From positions 84,501 through 148,500 of the forward strand of contig JAZRNM010000030.1 of assembly GCA_045648205.1 (NCBI GenBank): DNA of 64,000 nt, written 5' to 3'. The position numbers were made by a program, and so were the translations under genes. This document shows positions 28,442-36,810 of this stretch, one piece after another. The stretch is from Clostridia bacterium (GTDB lineage: Bacteria > Bacillota > Clostridia > Monoglobales > Monoglobaceae). Under the pieces are notes generated by a model. The model was not told the DNA's origin, ran no database searches, and worked only from the letters and a program-made list of their open reading frames with translations. Each line of letters opens with the position of its first letter. Within the stretch, counting starts at the first letter, position 1.

Positions 28442-29263
28442 ATGAAAATTTTTGTTATTACCAAAAAAACGGGGATTTTGTTTGTTCTGATTTTAGCACT
28501 CATTCTCTCCCTGGTATACATAGGCAAAGACCAGGCTATGCCCGTTTCAGGTGCAAAGCGGGACTTACCCATTTATTGCGTTCAAAAACCCGAATCCGAA
28601 AGGGTAGTGGCACTCAGCTTTGATGCCGCCTGGGGCAACGAAGACACCCAGACTCTTATTGATATTTTAGGAAAGTACAATGTGAAAACCACCTTTTTCG
28701 TAGTCGGCGGTTGGGTTGACAAATTCCCCGAATCAGTCAAACAGTTGTCTGATGCAGGCCATGAAATTATGAACCACTCTGACAGCCACCCGCATATGAC
28801 GCAGATTTCCGTTGAAAAAATGAAAGAGGAAGTCAAAAAGTGCGACGAAAAAATAATGGCAATAACAGGCGTTCGGCCAACCCTTTTCCGTGCACCCTAT
28901 GGAGATTATAACAATGACGTTGTCGGTGCAATGCGAGAGATTGGTCACTACACCATCCAATGGGACGTAGACAGTCTTGACTGGAAGGATTTATCCGCAT
29001 CAGAAATCACCCAAAGAGTCACCTCCAAAGTAAAACCCGGGTCAATCGTTCTCTTCCACAACGCCGCGCTCCACACCCCTGAGGCACTCCCCACCATAAT
29101 CGAAACTCTGCAAAAAGACGGCTACAAAATCGTACCCGTATCAGAAATTATCTACAAAGACAACTACACCATTGACAGCACAGGAATGCAAATTCCAAAC
29201 AAACCCGAACCATCAGACAACAAAACAAAACCAACTTCCACATCAATCGATATAGGAGTGTGA
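28442..29263 (+). CDS. Polysaccharide/peptidoglycan deacetylase (PdaB-like, membrane anchored)
   Basis: 273 aa with an N-terminal TM segment and the NodB motifs SFDAAWG, HSDSHPH and LFRAPYG. Confidence 0.8.
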   Translation: MKIFVITKKTGILFVLILALILSLVYIGKDQAMPVSGAKRDLPIYCVQKPESERVVALSFDAAWGNEDTQTLIDILGKYNVKTTFFVVGGWVDKFPESVKQLSDAGHEIMNHSDSHPHMTQISVEKMKEEVKKCDEKIMAITGVRPTLFRAPYGDYNNDVVGAMREIGHYTIQWDVDSLDWKDLSASEITQRVTSKVKPGSIVLFHNAALHTPEALPTIIETLQKDGYKIVPVSEIIYKDNYTIDSTGMQIPNKPEPSDNKTKPTSTSIDIGV

Positions 29264-29271
29264 GAAAACAC

Positions 29272-29300
29272 AAACGGGTTGAGCAAATTGCTCAACCCGT
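29272..29300. terminator. Bidirectional terminator hairpin
   Basis: ACGGGTTGAGCAA-at-TTGCTCAACCCGT lies between two convergent genes. Confidence 0.75.
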
Positions 29301-29306
29301 CCAATT

Positions 29307-30053
29307 TTATTCTTCCTCATCACTCTCAGGCATATCCCAGGTGTGGTAAACGTTCTGCACGTCGTCATTATCCTCTAAGATATCAATAAGCTTTTCAAGA
29401 TTTTTTACAGCATCTTCGTCTGTAACTTCTGTGAGAGTTTGCGGAATATACAAAATCTCCGCCTGCTCAAACTCGTATCCCTTTGTTTCAAGAGTCTCAC
29501 GAACCTTGCTGAAGTCCTCAGGTGAAGATGTAACCTCATAGCATTCATCTTCCGCACTAAAGTCTTCCGCCCCGGCATCGAGTGCATCCATCATCAAAGT
29601 GTCCTCGTCAATTTTGTCGGACTTTGCAATCACAAGTTGTCCTTTTCTGTCAAACATAAATCCAACGCTTCCTGTCTGACCAAGGTTTCCGCCGTATTTA
29701 TCAAAATAATGGCGCATATCACCTGCCGTACGGTTTTTGTTGTCGCTGAGTGTTTCAACCATAAAGGCAACACCACTCGGTCCATAGCCTTCATATGTGA
29801 GTTCAAAATACTCCTTGTTGCTGTCTTCGCCAGCCGCTTTTTTGATGCTTCTTTGGATTGTATCATTGGGCATATTATTCGCCTTCGCCTTTGCTATTGC
29901 ATCACGAAGCTTTGAGTTGCTGTCAGGGTCGGGTCCGCCCTCTTTCACGGCAACAACCAATTCCCTTCCTATTTTTGTGAACAGCTTTCCTCTTTTTGCA
30001 TCAAGGGCACCTTTTTTTCTCTTTATGGTTGCCCATTTGGAATGTCCTGACAT
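29307..30053 (-). CDS. YebC/PmpR family DNA-binding transcriptional regulator
   Basis: 248 aa starting [27 protein letters not shown], the hallmark YebC N-terminus. Confidence 0.95.
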   Translation of the reverse strand: MSGHSKWATIKRKKGALDAKRGKLFTKIGRELVVAVKEGGPDPDSNSKLRDAIAKAKANNMPNDTIQRSIKKAAGEDSNKEYFELTYEGYGPSGVAFMVETLSDNKNRTAGDMRHYFDKYGGNLGQTGSVGFMFDRKGQLVIAKSDKIDEDTLMMDALDAGAEDFSAEDECYEVTSSPEDFSKVRETLETKGYEFEQAEILYIPQTLTEVTDEDAVKNLEKLIDILEDNDDVQNVYHTWDMPESDEEE

Positions 30054-30138
30054 CTTTCTTCCTCCTGTTTTTATCTTCGTTAAAATATATACCTATCAAA
30101 ACACAGCAACGGAACTTGAAAAGTTCCGCTGAGTCCTT

Positions 30139-30588
30139 TTAATATGCTCTCTTATATCCACCATTGCGTTTGCCCTCGGTGTTTCTTTTGAGGTCCTGAA
30201 TTTTTTCTTCGCTGTCCTGCTTGAATTTAAGCAGCTTGTCCTCAAAAGACATATCTTCGGCATTTTTCTTCGGGGAAAAATCAAAAACTTCAGGAGCCCC
30301 CTTGAGCCCGCCGCTTCTTGGTTTCTTGTCACCCGACTTCTTTTTGGGAGTGTCTTCAACAGCTTTTTTAATTGACAAACTGACCTTTCCCTGCTGGTCA
30401 ACAGAAATAACCTTAACCTTCACAGTCTGACCGGGTGTGATGTGCTTGCTTATATCCTCAACATATTCCGTCGAAACCTCCGAAATATGTACAAGCCCTG
30501 TCTGTCCGCCTTCAAGCTCCACAAAAGCACCGAAGGGTGCAATCCCTGTAACCTTCCCACGAAGTATACTTCCTTCTTCAATCTGCAT
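30139..30588 (-). CDS. S1 RNA-binding domain protein (YabR-like)
   Basis: 149 aa with an S1 domain (GSILRGKVTGIAPFGAFVELEGGQTGLVHISEV) and a basic tail. It occupies the yabP-yabQ-divIC-yabR position. Confidence 0.85.
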   Translation of the reverse strand: MQIEEGSILRGKVTGIAPFGAFVELEGGQTGLVHISEVSTEYVEDISKHITPGQTVKVKVISVDQQGKVSLSIKKAVEDTPKKKSGDKKPRSGGLKGAPEVFDFSPKKNAEDMSFEDKLLKFKQDSEEKIQDLKRNTEGKRNGGYKRAY

Positions 30589-30662
30589 ATCTAACCTGAT
30601 TCCTCCTCAAATGCCTTTCGGCATTTATGTATAAACATCGGATTTTCCGCATCTTTTTAAAT

Positions 30663-30974
30663 TTATTTCTGTGTTATGTCAATAAAAACCCGTTCATTGG
30701 CTTTCACAAGTCCGAGCTTTTCCCTGGCAGTGCGTTCTATATATTCATCCGTACCTGCCTTTTTGAGTTCATCTTCAAGCTTTTGTTGTTCCAGCTTAGC
30801 ATCATCAATTTTTGCCTGATATTCCTGTGCAAGATCATCACAACGTGAAAGATTTATCTGTTGCTTAACAAGTATGCAAGTCACATAGACACACACAAGC
30901 AAAACTCCGCCCAATTTGAGCAGATCAACCGCAGATAGCTTTTTCTTTTTTTGATTTTCTCTTCTATCCGACAC
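30663..30974 (-). CDS. divIC: Septum formation initiator family protein (FtsB/DivIC)
   Basis: 103 aa with a single TM segment and a coiled coil, in the syntenic position. Confidence 0.75.
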   Translation of the reverse strand: MSDRRENQKKKKLSAVDLLKLGGVLLVCVYVTCILVKQQINLSRCDDLAQEYQAKIDDAKLEQQKLEDELKKAGTDEYIERTAREKLGLVKANERVFIDITQK

Positions 30975-31046
30975 GCTTCCTCGCCACCTTACACTTTCAT
31001 GAATACAATTATATATCAGAAAACCCCATTTGTCAATACATCCCCG

Positions 31047-31556
31047 TCATTTTTTCACCAATATCCGCCCTGCATTTTTCAGACGTATCCGGAGTTTACT
31101 TCCACCAAGCCTCGCAACCCGTTTTGCTCTTCTCACACTGCGTCCCGTATACCACATAACAAAACTTACCGGTTTTTTGAAGGCTCTGAAAACCAACATA
31201 AAGGGGAATAGTAAAACCCTTACAACCTTTTCGGTCACCCTGACCGCAAGTCCAACCAAGAATGTGCCGAGATTCAGTATGCGATTTTTCACAATCAATG
31301 CATATAATCCCCCGCCGAGGCCAAAACCGATAAACCCCTGCCATCTCACCTCTCCTCCATTTTTCAGGTATGCTGCTACAAACACAAGCACGGCTGCAAT
31401 TGCCATAAACAATGTATCCTGAGCATTCACCACCGCATCACAAAGTCCCACAATTCTTCGGCTTATTCTGAGCAGGTCATAAAGGAAAGCTGCAATCAGC
31501 CCCCCGACCACACTTGCCAAAAAGAACCCCGTCTCCATAGGTACTGAATTATACAT
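31047..31556 (-). CDS. yabQ: Spore cortex biosynthesis protein YabQ
   Basis: 169 aa membrane protein with the motif GGLIAAFLYDLLRISRR. It lies downstream of yabP. Confidence 0.75.
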   Translation of the reverse strand: MYNSVPMETGFFLASVVGGLIAAFLYDLLRISRRIVGLCDAVVNAQDTLFMAIAAVLVFVAAYLKNGGEVRWQGFIGFGLGGGLYALIVKNRILNLGTFLVGLAVRVTEKVVRVLLFPFMLVFRAFKKPVSFVMWYTGRSVRRAKRVARLGGSKLRIRLKNAGRILVKK

Positions 31557-31567
31557 TCCCGTTCTCC

Positions 31568-31849
31568 CTATCTGAATATTTTGCTCAAGAGCCCGCCCTT
31601 ATCACTTTTGTGTCCGTCAGCATACTCAATGCTGTCAACCTCTCCTTCAATTTCAAGCTCACCGCTCTCCACACTGAGCCGATTAATCCTGAGCTGCGCC
31701 CCCTTGATGGTCATCAGCCCTTCTGTGGTATATGCAATAATTTTGTCGTCATCAAAGCTGTCAACATCTTCAACGCCGGAAACATTGATTTTTTCACGAC
31801 CTATCATATGGAATTTATGCAGCAGTTCCTCTTTTCTCTTTTCCTCCAT
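31568..31849 (-). CDS. yabP: Sporulation protein YabP
   Basis: It has a YabP core (INVSGVEDVDSFDDDKIIAYTTEGLMTIKGAQLRINRLSVESGELEIEG). ATG 31849, with GAAAGG upstream, is preferred over the track start at 31867. Confidence 0.85.
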   Translation of the reverse strand: MEEKRKEELLHKFHMIGREKINVSGVEDVDSFDDDKIIAYTTEGLMTIKGAQLRINRLSVESGELEIEGEVDSIEYADGHKSDKGGLLSKIFR

Positions 31850-31902
31850 ATTGGCACAACCTTTCACAATATAATAACCTTCATTAAAATATATTTCATG
31901 GA

Positions 31903-31938
31903 CAAAAAAATATGCAGAAAATCAAAGATTTCCTGCAT
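31903..31938 (-). terminator. Intrinsic terminator of mecA
   Basis: On the minus strand, TGCAGGAAATC-ttt-GATTTTCTGCA (one mismatch) is followed by TATTTTTTT. Confidence 0.65.
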
Positions 31939-31945
31939 CATAATC

Positions 31946-32569
31946 TTATTTCACAAAATTTTCTGCAATAAGCGAAACTGCATTTTCTTTCATCATCACA
32001 AGCCCGTGTTCATTGAGAACGCCCTGAATCGCAAGAGGCTTTGAAACTTTTTCAGCGAACTCCGAAAGAACATTTTCAAGTTCAAAAAGCCCAAATGAAT
32101 CTCTCGGCACAAGCTCCAGAAAAAATCCGCCCTGATACTTCGTCAGTCTGCTGTCACCAATATAGAGTTCATATATCTCACGAACTCCGTCGCACAAGCT
32201 TTCAAAATCTGAAAACCTGAAAATTCTCAAAAGACTCACCTGTCTGCTCCGTCTTCTGACGCGGATTTCTGTTGGTCTGGTTCGTTTTCCCGTTCTTGCC
32301 AGAGCCTCAGCAATCTCGCTTTCACTTTCAAGCTTGCTGACAACCATAACGAAGCCATTATCCGGAGCGGGCATTGTTTCAACCATCAGCTGAGCCTTTC
32401 CCACAAAAAAATCCACATCCTGCTCCGCCTGTCGAAGTGCGTGCCAGAACATATCCTGAGCCTCAGGAGTATTTGCAGAGAAATTTTTCAAATCCACATT
32501 CCAAGCCTTTATATCAAATGAATCTATCTCTATTTTTATTTTATTTTCATTTATTTTTTCAATTCTCAT
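31946..32569 (-). CDS. mecA: Adaptor protein MecA
   Basis: 207 aa starting MRIEKINENKIKIEIDSFDI, with the two-domain MecA layout. Confidence 0.85.
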   Translation of the reverse strand: MRIEKINENKIKIEIDSFDIKAWNVDLKNFSANTPEAQDMFWHALRQAEQDVDFFVGKAQLMVETMPAPDNGFVMVVSKLESESEIAEALARTGKRTRPTEIRVRRRSRQVSLLRIFRFSDFESLCDGVREIYELYIGDSRLTKYQGGFFLELVPRDSFGLFELENVLSEFAEKVSKPLAIQGVLNEHGLVMMKENAVSLIAENFVK

Positions 32570-32682
32570 TGCAACACCCCCAAAATTTCGACTATGTTTT
32601 TTCTTGAAACTAATTATACAACATTTTTCCCATTTTGAAAAGACTTATTTTTTTCCAATAGCCAAAAAACATTATTTCCCTA

Positions 32683-32711
32683 TTGTAATTTCAAAAGATT
32701 TGTGCTAAAAT
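32683..32711 (+). promoter_or_regulatory. Strong sigma-A promoter of the orphan structured RNA
   Basis: TTGTAA (32683-88), 17-nt spacer, TGcTAAAAT (32703-11). The 15-mer TGTGCTAAAATAACA is identical to the one in the tRNA-Gly promoter. Confidence 0.65.
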
Positions 32712-32717
32712 AACAAT

Positions 32718-32951
32718 ACGGAATTGAGACATCAAATATTCCGCAAATTAAATATCTACCCTGCGATGTTCGTAAATACGGAATAATGTAAAACCAACAC
32801 TTATTTAAAGGGAATTAGTCTCCGAAAGCGGCGCACATGCCTCCCCAATCTCAGATTGCGGCCAGTGGACTTGTAATGTTTTCGGGTTTTTACCCACCTG
32901 CCATGCAGGTTTTTACCTTATCCGTCATACGGCATAGGCGGGGCTTTTTTT
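32718..32951 (+). ncRNA. Candidate stand-alone structured sRNA (6S-like rod; class unverified)
   Basis: It has its own promoter and contains no RBS-preceded ORF. There is a 5' hairpin at 32719-32743. A 28-pair interrupted helix joins 32759-32795 to 32908-32943 and encloses about 112 nt. The 3' strand of that helix runs directly into T7 (32945-51). rsmD downstream has a separate promoter. Confidence 0.55.
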
Positions 32952-33002
32952 ATTTAAAAAGTGAATTTATTTTTCTGTTTGGCAGAAATTTTCTCAAAAA
33001 CC

Positions 33003-33030
33003 TTGACAAAATCTTCAAATTATATACAAT
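33003..33030 (+). promoter_or_regulatory. Promoter of rsmD-coaD
   Basis: TTGACA (33003-08), 16-nt spacer, TACAAT (33025-30). Confidence 0.55.
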
Positions 33031-33067
33031 ATATAATATATATATTTTTTGCAATGGGGTGGGCGTG

Positions 33068-33610
33068 GTGCGTGTTATTTCAGGTTCAGCAAGAGGCCGG
33101 AAACTGATAGCGCCTGATGGTTTTGACACAAGACCAACCACAGACAGAGTGAAGGAATCCATCTTCAACATAATTTCTCTGTCATTGCCTGCTGATTCTG
33201 TCCTTGACCTTTTCTCAGGCAGCGGAGCATTGGGAATTGAGGCTCTCAGCCGTGGTTCCGGGAAGGCTGTTTTTGTAGAAAAGAACAAATCGGCATTTGA
33301 GGTCACCAAAAAGAACATTGAACTTGCACGGGTTTCGGACCGTGCCGGAATTGTTTCAGATGATGCACTTTCATTCCTTGACAAAACAGCGGACAAGTTC
33401 GACATAATTTTTCTTGACCCACCATATAACACAGGATTACTTCGTGAATCAATTGCAAAAATTTCAAAAAACAATCTTCTTTCGCCGGATGGCATCATTG
33501 TTGCCGAAAGCGAATATATGGGCGAAGAACCCACAGAAGAACATTTCGACATAATAAAACGTGCCAAATACGGAAAGACAACCGTTTTCGTTTTGCGGCA
33601 CAAAACATAA
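33068..33610 (+). CDS. rsmD: 16S rRNA (guanine966-N2)-methyltransferase RsmD
   Basis: Translation from GTG 33068 gives (M)RVISGSARGRKLIAPDGFDTRPTTDRVKESIFN, the canonical RsmD N-terminus, and the DPPY motif is present. The track start at 32837 is an upstream artefact. GTG 33065 is also possible. Confidence 0.85.
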   Translation: MRVISGSARGRKLIAPDGFDTRPTTDRVKESIFNIISLSLPADSVLDLFSGSGALGIEALSRGSGKAVFVEKNKSAFEVTKKNIELARVSDRAGIVSDDALSFLDKTADKFDIIFLDPPYNTGLLRESIAKISKNNLLSPDGIIVAESEYMGEEPTEEHFDIIKRAKYGKTTVFVLRHKT

Positions 33611-33627
33611 CATTTGGAGGGCATAAT

Positions 33628-34107
33628 ATGCAGGTTGCAATTTATCCCGGAAGCTTCGATCCTTGCACAAACGGGCATCTCGACATTATATCCCGTGCAT
33701 CGCGTTTGTTTGAAAAGGTCATCGTTGCAGTTTTGATTAATTCAAAAAAAGATTCCGCCTTCACCCTTGAGGAAAGAGTCGGGATGCTTAAGCAGGCGAC
33801 AAGCCACATTCCCAATGTGGAAATAATTTCGTTTTCAGGCCTGCTTGCAGAATATATGCAGAAAAACGGTTATTCGGTCATCATCAAGGGTCTTCGTGCA
33901 GTGTCTGACTTTGAGTATGAATTCCAGATGGCACTGACCAACCACGCACTTTACGACGAAATCGAAACCGTTTTCATTCCATCAAGCTCGGAATTTATGT
34001 TTTTGAGTTCCAGCATAGTGAAAGAAGTTGCAAAATACAACGGTGACCTGAGTGCCTTGGTTCCAACGGAACTGATTCCTCAGATTACACGCCGTTTTGG
34101 ATATTAA
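33628..34107 (+). CDS. coaD: Pantetheine-phosphate adenylyltransferase
   Basis: 159 aa starting MQVAIYPGSFDPCTNGHLDII, which contains the T/HxGH motif. Confidence 0.95.
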   Translation: MQVAIYPGSFDPCTNGHLDIISRASRLFEKVIVAVLINSKKDSAFTLEERVGMLKQATSHIPNVEIISFSGLLAEYMQKNGYSVIIKGLRAVSDFEYEFQMALTNHALYDEIETVFIPSSSEFMFLSSSIVKEVAKYNGDLSALVPTELIPQITRRFGY

Positions 34108-34130
34108 TAAAATTTAAGGAGGACATTATT

Positions 34131-34595
34131 ATGGATATAGGTGCTTTGGATTTATTGACAGAATTGGAGGACATTATCGACAAAGGAGTGGCAGTTCCAT
34201 TCACAGGTCGTTGCATGCTTGACAAGGAGGAACTTCTTGAAATCATTCAGGAAATCCGTCTCAAGCTACCCACAGACCTGGAGCAGGCAAAGTGGATAAA
34301 GGCAGAACGTCAGAACATCATCAACGATGCTCACAAGGAAGCCGAAGAAATCATCAAGATTGCAAACGACAAAACAATTGCAATGATTGACGAAAATGAA
34401 ATCACAAGAAAGGCAGTTGCAGCCGCAAACGAGATAACAACTTCTGCAAACGCAGAAGCTCAGGCAGCAAAGACTTCTTCATATCAATATGCAGACTATC
34501 TTTTGGAGAACGTTGAAAACGTTGTTCTCAAAACTGTTCGTGACCTTGAACAATGCATAACCATTGTCAAGGAACGCAGAGACCAGCTCAAATAA
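34131..34595 (+). CDS. Hypothetical coiled-coil protein
   Basis: 154 aa, acidic and helical, with GGAGG 8 nt upstream. I recognise no family. Confidence 0.5.
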   Translation: MDIGALDLLTELEDIIDKGVAVPFTGRCMLDKEELLEIIQEIRLKLPTDLEQAKWIKAERQNIINDAHKEAEEIIKIANDKTIAMIDENEITRKAVAAANEITTSANAEAQAAKTSSYQYADYLLENVENVVLKTVRDLEQCITIVKERRDQLK

Positions 34596-34616
34596 GAATC
34601 AAGATTTACAAATAAA

Positions 34617-34716
34617 AGCAAAGTAGGAATCCGTGCGTCAAGTGAGAGGTGAACGGGAAGTTGTCACCTTTACGAAAAGCCATTGGCTTGCGGTACCGAT
34701 TCCGCATTCCGTTGCT
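34617..34716 (+). promoter_or_regulatory. THF (folT-motif) riboswitch aptamer
   Basis: The sequence GCAAAGUAGGAAUCCGUGCGUCAAGUGAGAGGUGAACGGGAAGUUGUCACCUUUACGAAAAGCC...GCGGUACCGAUUCCGCAUUCCGUUGC aligns block by block with the crystallised Eubacterium siraeum THF-I aptamer. The matching blocks are AGUAG, GCGU-AAGUG, GUGAA-GGGA, GUCAC, ACGAA, GCGGU and CGCAU-CCG. It lies upstream of folT. Confidence 0.85.
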
Positions 34717-34742
34717 GCAAAAATTCGTAAATGCATTTCTTT

Positions 34743-34780
34743 ACCCTTTTTGTAGTAATGCTGCAGAAAGGGTTTTTCTT
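34743..34780 (+). terminator. Expression platform of the THF riboswitch (terminator that also sequesters the folT RBS)
   Basis: A 13-bp stem pairs ACCCTTTTTGTAG with CTGCAGAAAGGGT (two G-U pairs), followed by TTTTT. The 3' arm contains the GAAAGGG Shine-Dalgarno sequence, 9 nt before ATG 34781. Confidence 0.7.
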
Positions 34781-35356
34781 ATGCAAAAAAACAATTTTCC
34801 AAACAAAATATTCCCAAGGCTGCACGTCCGTGACTTGTGTCTTCTTGGACTTCTTATGGCAATCACAGCGCTCCTATCCATATTCTGCACATTCCGCATA
34901 GGAACCTTGGTGAAAATCCCCTTGAAATTCATTTCGGTTTTCGTAACCGCCGCAATCTATGGTCCCCTTTGGGGCGGAATCTGTGCGGCAACGGGAGATA
35001 TTCTGAACGCAGTCCTGGCGCCCGTAGGTCCGTTTGTTCCGCAAATCACCGCCTTGGAATTTGTGTCAGGTGTAATATACGGAATTTTCTTTTTGAAAGA
35101 CAATCCCAGCTGCAAATTCCATACAATATCCAGCGTATTTTGTGCACTCGCACAACTTTTTCTGGCAATTGTGGTCAACACCTTTGTTTTCACCTACAGC
35201 CTCAAATGGTTCCCTGATTTCTGGTCAGCGTTTTGGGTGAGAATGCCGGCAAGCATTGTGAATTTTGTTTTGCAACTGACCGTACTCACATCCGGCTATC
35301 CAATGCTCAATCGGCTTAAACTTCTGAAATCCAAGGGGGAAAAACCTTTACAATGA
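34781..35356 (+). CDS. folT: Folate ECF transporter S component FolT
   Basis: Translation from ATG 34781 gives MQKNNFPNKIFPRLHVRDLCLLGLLMAITALLSIF..., a 6-TM ECF S-component. It lies downstream of the THF riboswitch and overlaps folC. The track start at 34649 would translate the riboswitch. Confidence 0.8.
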   Translation: MQKNNFPNKIFPRLHVRDLCLLGLLMAITALLSIFCTFRIGTLVKIPLKFISVFVTAAIYGPLWGGICAATGDILNAVLAPVGPFVPQITALEFVSGVIYGIFFLKDNPSCKFHTISSVFCALAQLFLAIVVNTFVFTYSLKWFPDFWSAFWVRMPASIVNFVLQLTVLTSGYPMLNRLKLLKSKGEKPLQ

Positions 35357-36633
35357 AAAACAACGACTTCAACAAATTTGCAAACAGCTTTCAGGCGGTT
35401 GCAAGGCTTCAACTGGAGGGAATAACCTGCCTTATGAAGCATCTTGGCAATCCCCAGAACAGTCTGAAGTTCATACACGTTGCAGGAACAAACGGAAAAG
35501 GCTCGGTGTGCAGCTTTCTCCAAAGCATTTTCACCGAAGCGGGGTTTGTTACGGGTAAATACACCTCTCCCAACCTCATTTCAGTTTGTGAACGCATTTC
35601 AATTGACGGCAAACTGATTTCCCAAGACGATATAAACCGCATTCTGAAAAACGTCGAAAGTGCCGCAAACAAAGTCCAAGCGGAGCTTGGCGATTTCCCA
35701 ACGCAATTTGAAATATGGACAGCCGCAGCCTTTTGTTATTTCAAGGAGCAGGGCTGCGATTTGGTAATTCTCGAAACAGGTCTCGGCGGAACACGGGATG
35801 CAACAAATGTCATTCCACCTCCTCTTGCATCGGTTATAACACAAATAGACATTGACCACACCGAATATCTGGGCAATACCCTTGAAAAAATTGCAGAGGC
35901 AAAGGCAGGCATAATCAAAAAAGGTTGTCCATTCACACTTTCCGCAAAACAGAATCCCGAGGCAGAATCCGTTCTCAGAACTGCGTGCAATGAAAAAGAT
36001 GTGCCTCTGATTTTTTCAAACTCACCAAAACTCAACCGTTTTGAGAATTTTCACGAAATATTTGATTACGCAACCCAAGACGGCACAGAATTCACAAATA
36101 TTGAATGCGGAATAACAGGCTTTTATCAACCCGAAAATGCCGGTCTTGCAATAGAAGTTGCCCACAAATTGGGTGTATCGAAAAAGCACATTGAAAACGG
36201 CATCAGAAAAGCCACAAACCCCGGTCGTTTTGAAGTTATAAGCACCTCTCCTATGGTTATATATGACGGCGCACATAACAAAAACGGCATGACTGCATTG
36301 GCAAAATGCCTGACCCGTTACTTTCCAAAATGGAATGGTGCAACTTTCATTATGGCATTTATGGGGGACAAAGATATCGCGGGCGAACTGGAAATTCTGA
36401 AAAACTTCGGCTTGCTTGAGAATTCAGAAATTTTTGTGGTTAAGGTAAAAGACAACCCAAGAGCAGAAAATCCCGAAACTGTTTGTGAAATTGCAAATAA
36501 GCTTGGAATTTCTGCAACTCCTTTTTCCGACCTCAAAAATGCTTATTCCATCGCAATTTCAAAAAGCAAACCCACCATCCTTTGTGGCTCATTATATCTT
36601 TACAAAGATTTTTCGGAAATTTCAAAAAATTAG
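35353..36633 (+). CDS. folC: Bifunctional folylpolyglutamate synthase / dihydrofolate synthase
   Basis: 426 aa with the P-loop HVAGTNGKGS and a Mur-ligase fold. Confidence 0.9.
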   Translation: MKNNDFNKFANSFQAVARLQLEGITCLMKHLGNPQNSLKFIHVAGTNGKGSVCSFLQSIFTEAGFVTGKYTSPNLISVCERISIDGKLISQDDINRILKNVESAANKVQAELGDFPTQFEIWTAAAFCYFKEQGCDLVILETGLGGTRDATNVIPPPLASVITQIDIDHTEYLGNTLEKIAEAKAGIIKKGCPFTLSAKQNPEAESVLRTACNEKDVPLIFSNSPKLNRFENFHEIFDYATQDGTEFTNIECGITGFYQPENAGLAIEVAHKLGVSKKHIENGIRKATNPGRFEVISTSPMVIYDGAHNKNGMTALAKCLTRYFPKWNGATFIMAFMGDKDIAGELEILKNFGLLENSEIFVVKVKDNPRAENPETVCEIANKLGISATPFSDLKNAYSIAISKSKPTILCGSLYLYKDFSEISKN

Positions 36634-36643
36634 TCCACACCCC

Positions 36644-36672
36644 TTGACAAACACTTTTTAGTGTGCTAAAAT
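36644..36672 (+). promoter_or_regulatory. tRNA-Gly promoter
   Basis: TTGACA (36644-49), 17-nt spacer, TGcTAAAAT with the -10 hexamer at 36667-72. Confidence 0.7.
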
Positions 36673-36701
36673 AACATTCGTACTAAAAATACAATGGTTT
36701 T

Positions 36702-36776
36702 GCGGGAGTGGCTCAGTGGTAGAGCGTCACCTTGCCAAGGTGAACGTCGCGAGTTCGAATCTCGTCTTCCGCTCCA
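36702..36776 (+). tRNA. tRNA-Gly (anticodon GCC), CCA encoded
   Basis: Hand-folded cloverleaf. Acceptor stem GCGGGAG/CUUCCGC, D arm GCUC-AGUGGUA-GAGC, anticodon arm UCACC-UUGCCAA-GGUGA, T arm GCGAG-UUCGAAU-CUCGU, followed by UCCA. Confidence 0.95.
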
Positions 36777-36777
36777 G

Positions 36778-36806
36778 AAAAAGACATCCGTTTGGATGTC
36801 TTTTTT
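36778..36806 (+). terminator. Intrinsic terminator of tRNA-Gly
   Basis: AGACATCC-gttt-GGATGTCT followed by TTTTT. Confidence 0.85.
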
Positions 36807-36810
36807 CAAT

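Noticed and set aside
32718-32951. Assigning the orphan RNA to tmRNA, SRP RNA, RNase P RNA, a T-box or a TPP riboswitch.
   Set aside because: None of the hallmark sequences is present. I looked for the SRP GGAAGCAGCC motif, the RNase P GAGGAAAGUCC motif, the T-box AAUUAGGGUGGUACCGCG-like motif, the TPP CUGAGA...ACCUGAU motif, and a tmRNA tag ORF with T-arm. The CTGAGA on the minus strand lacks the rest of the TPP core.
32837-33067. The N-terminal 77 codons of the 257-aa track ORF for rsmD.
   Set aside because: The RsmD homology begins at VRVISGSARGRKL (GTG 33068). The upstream part crosses a T7 terminator and a TTGACA-16-TACAAT promoter and overlaps the structured RNA, so it is not coding.
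34649-34780. The N-terminal 44 codons of the track ORF for folT.
   Set aside because: This segment is the THF riboswitch aptamer and its terminator. A proper RBS precedes ATG 34781, where the FolT membrane domain starts.
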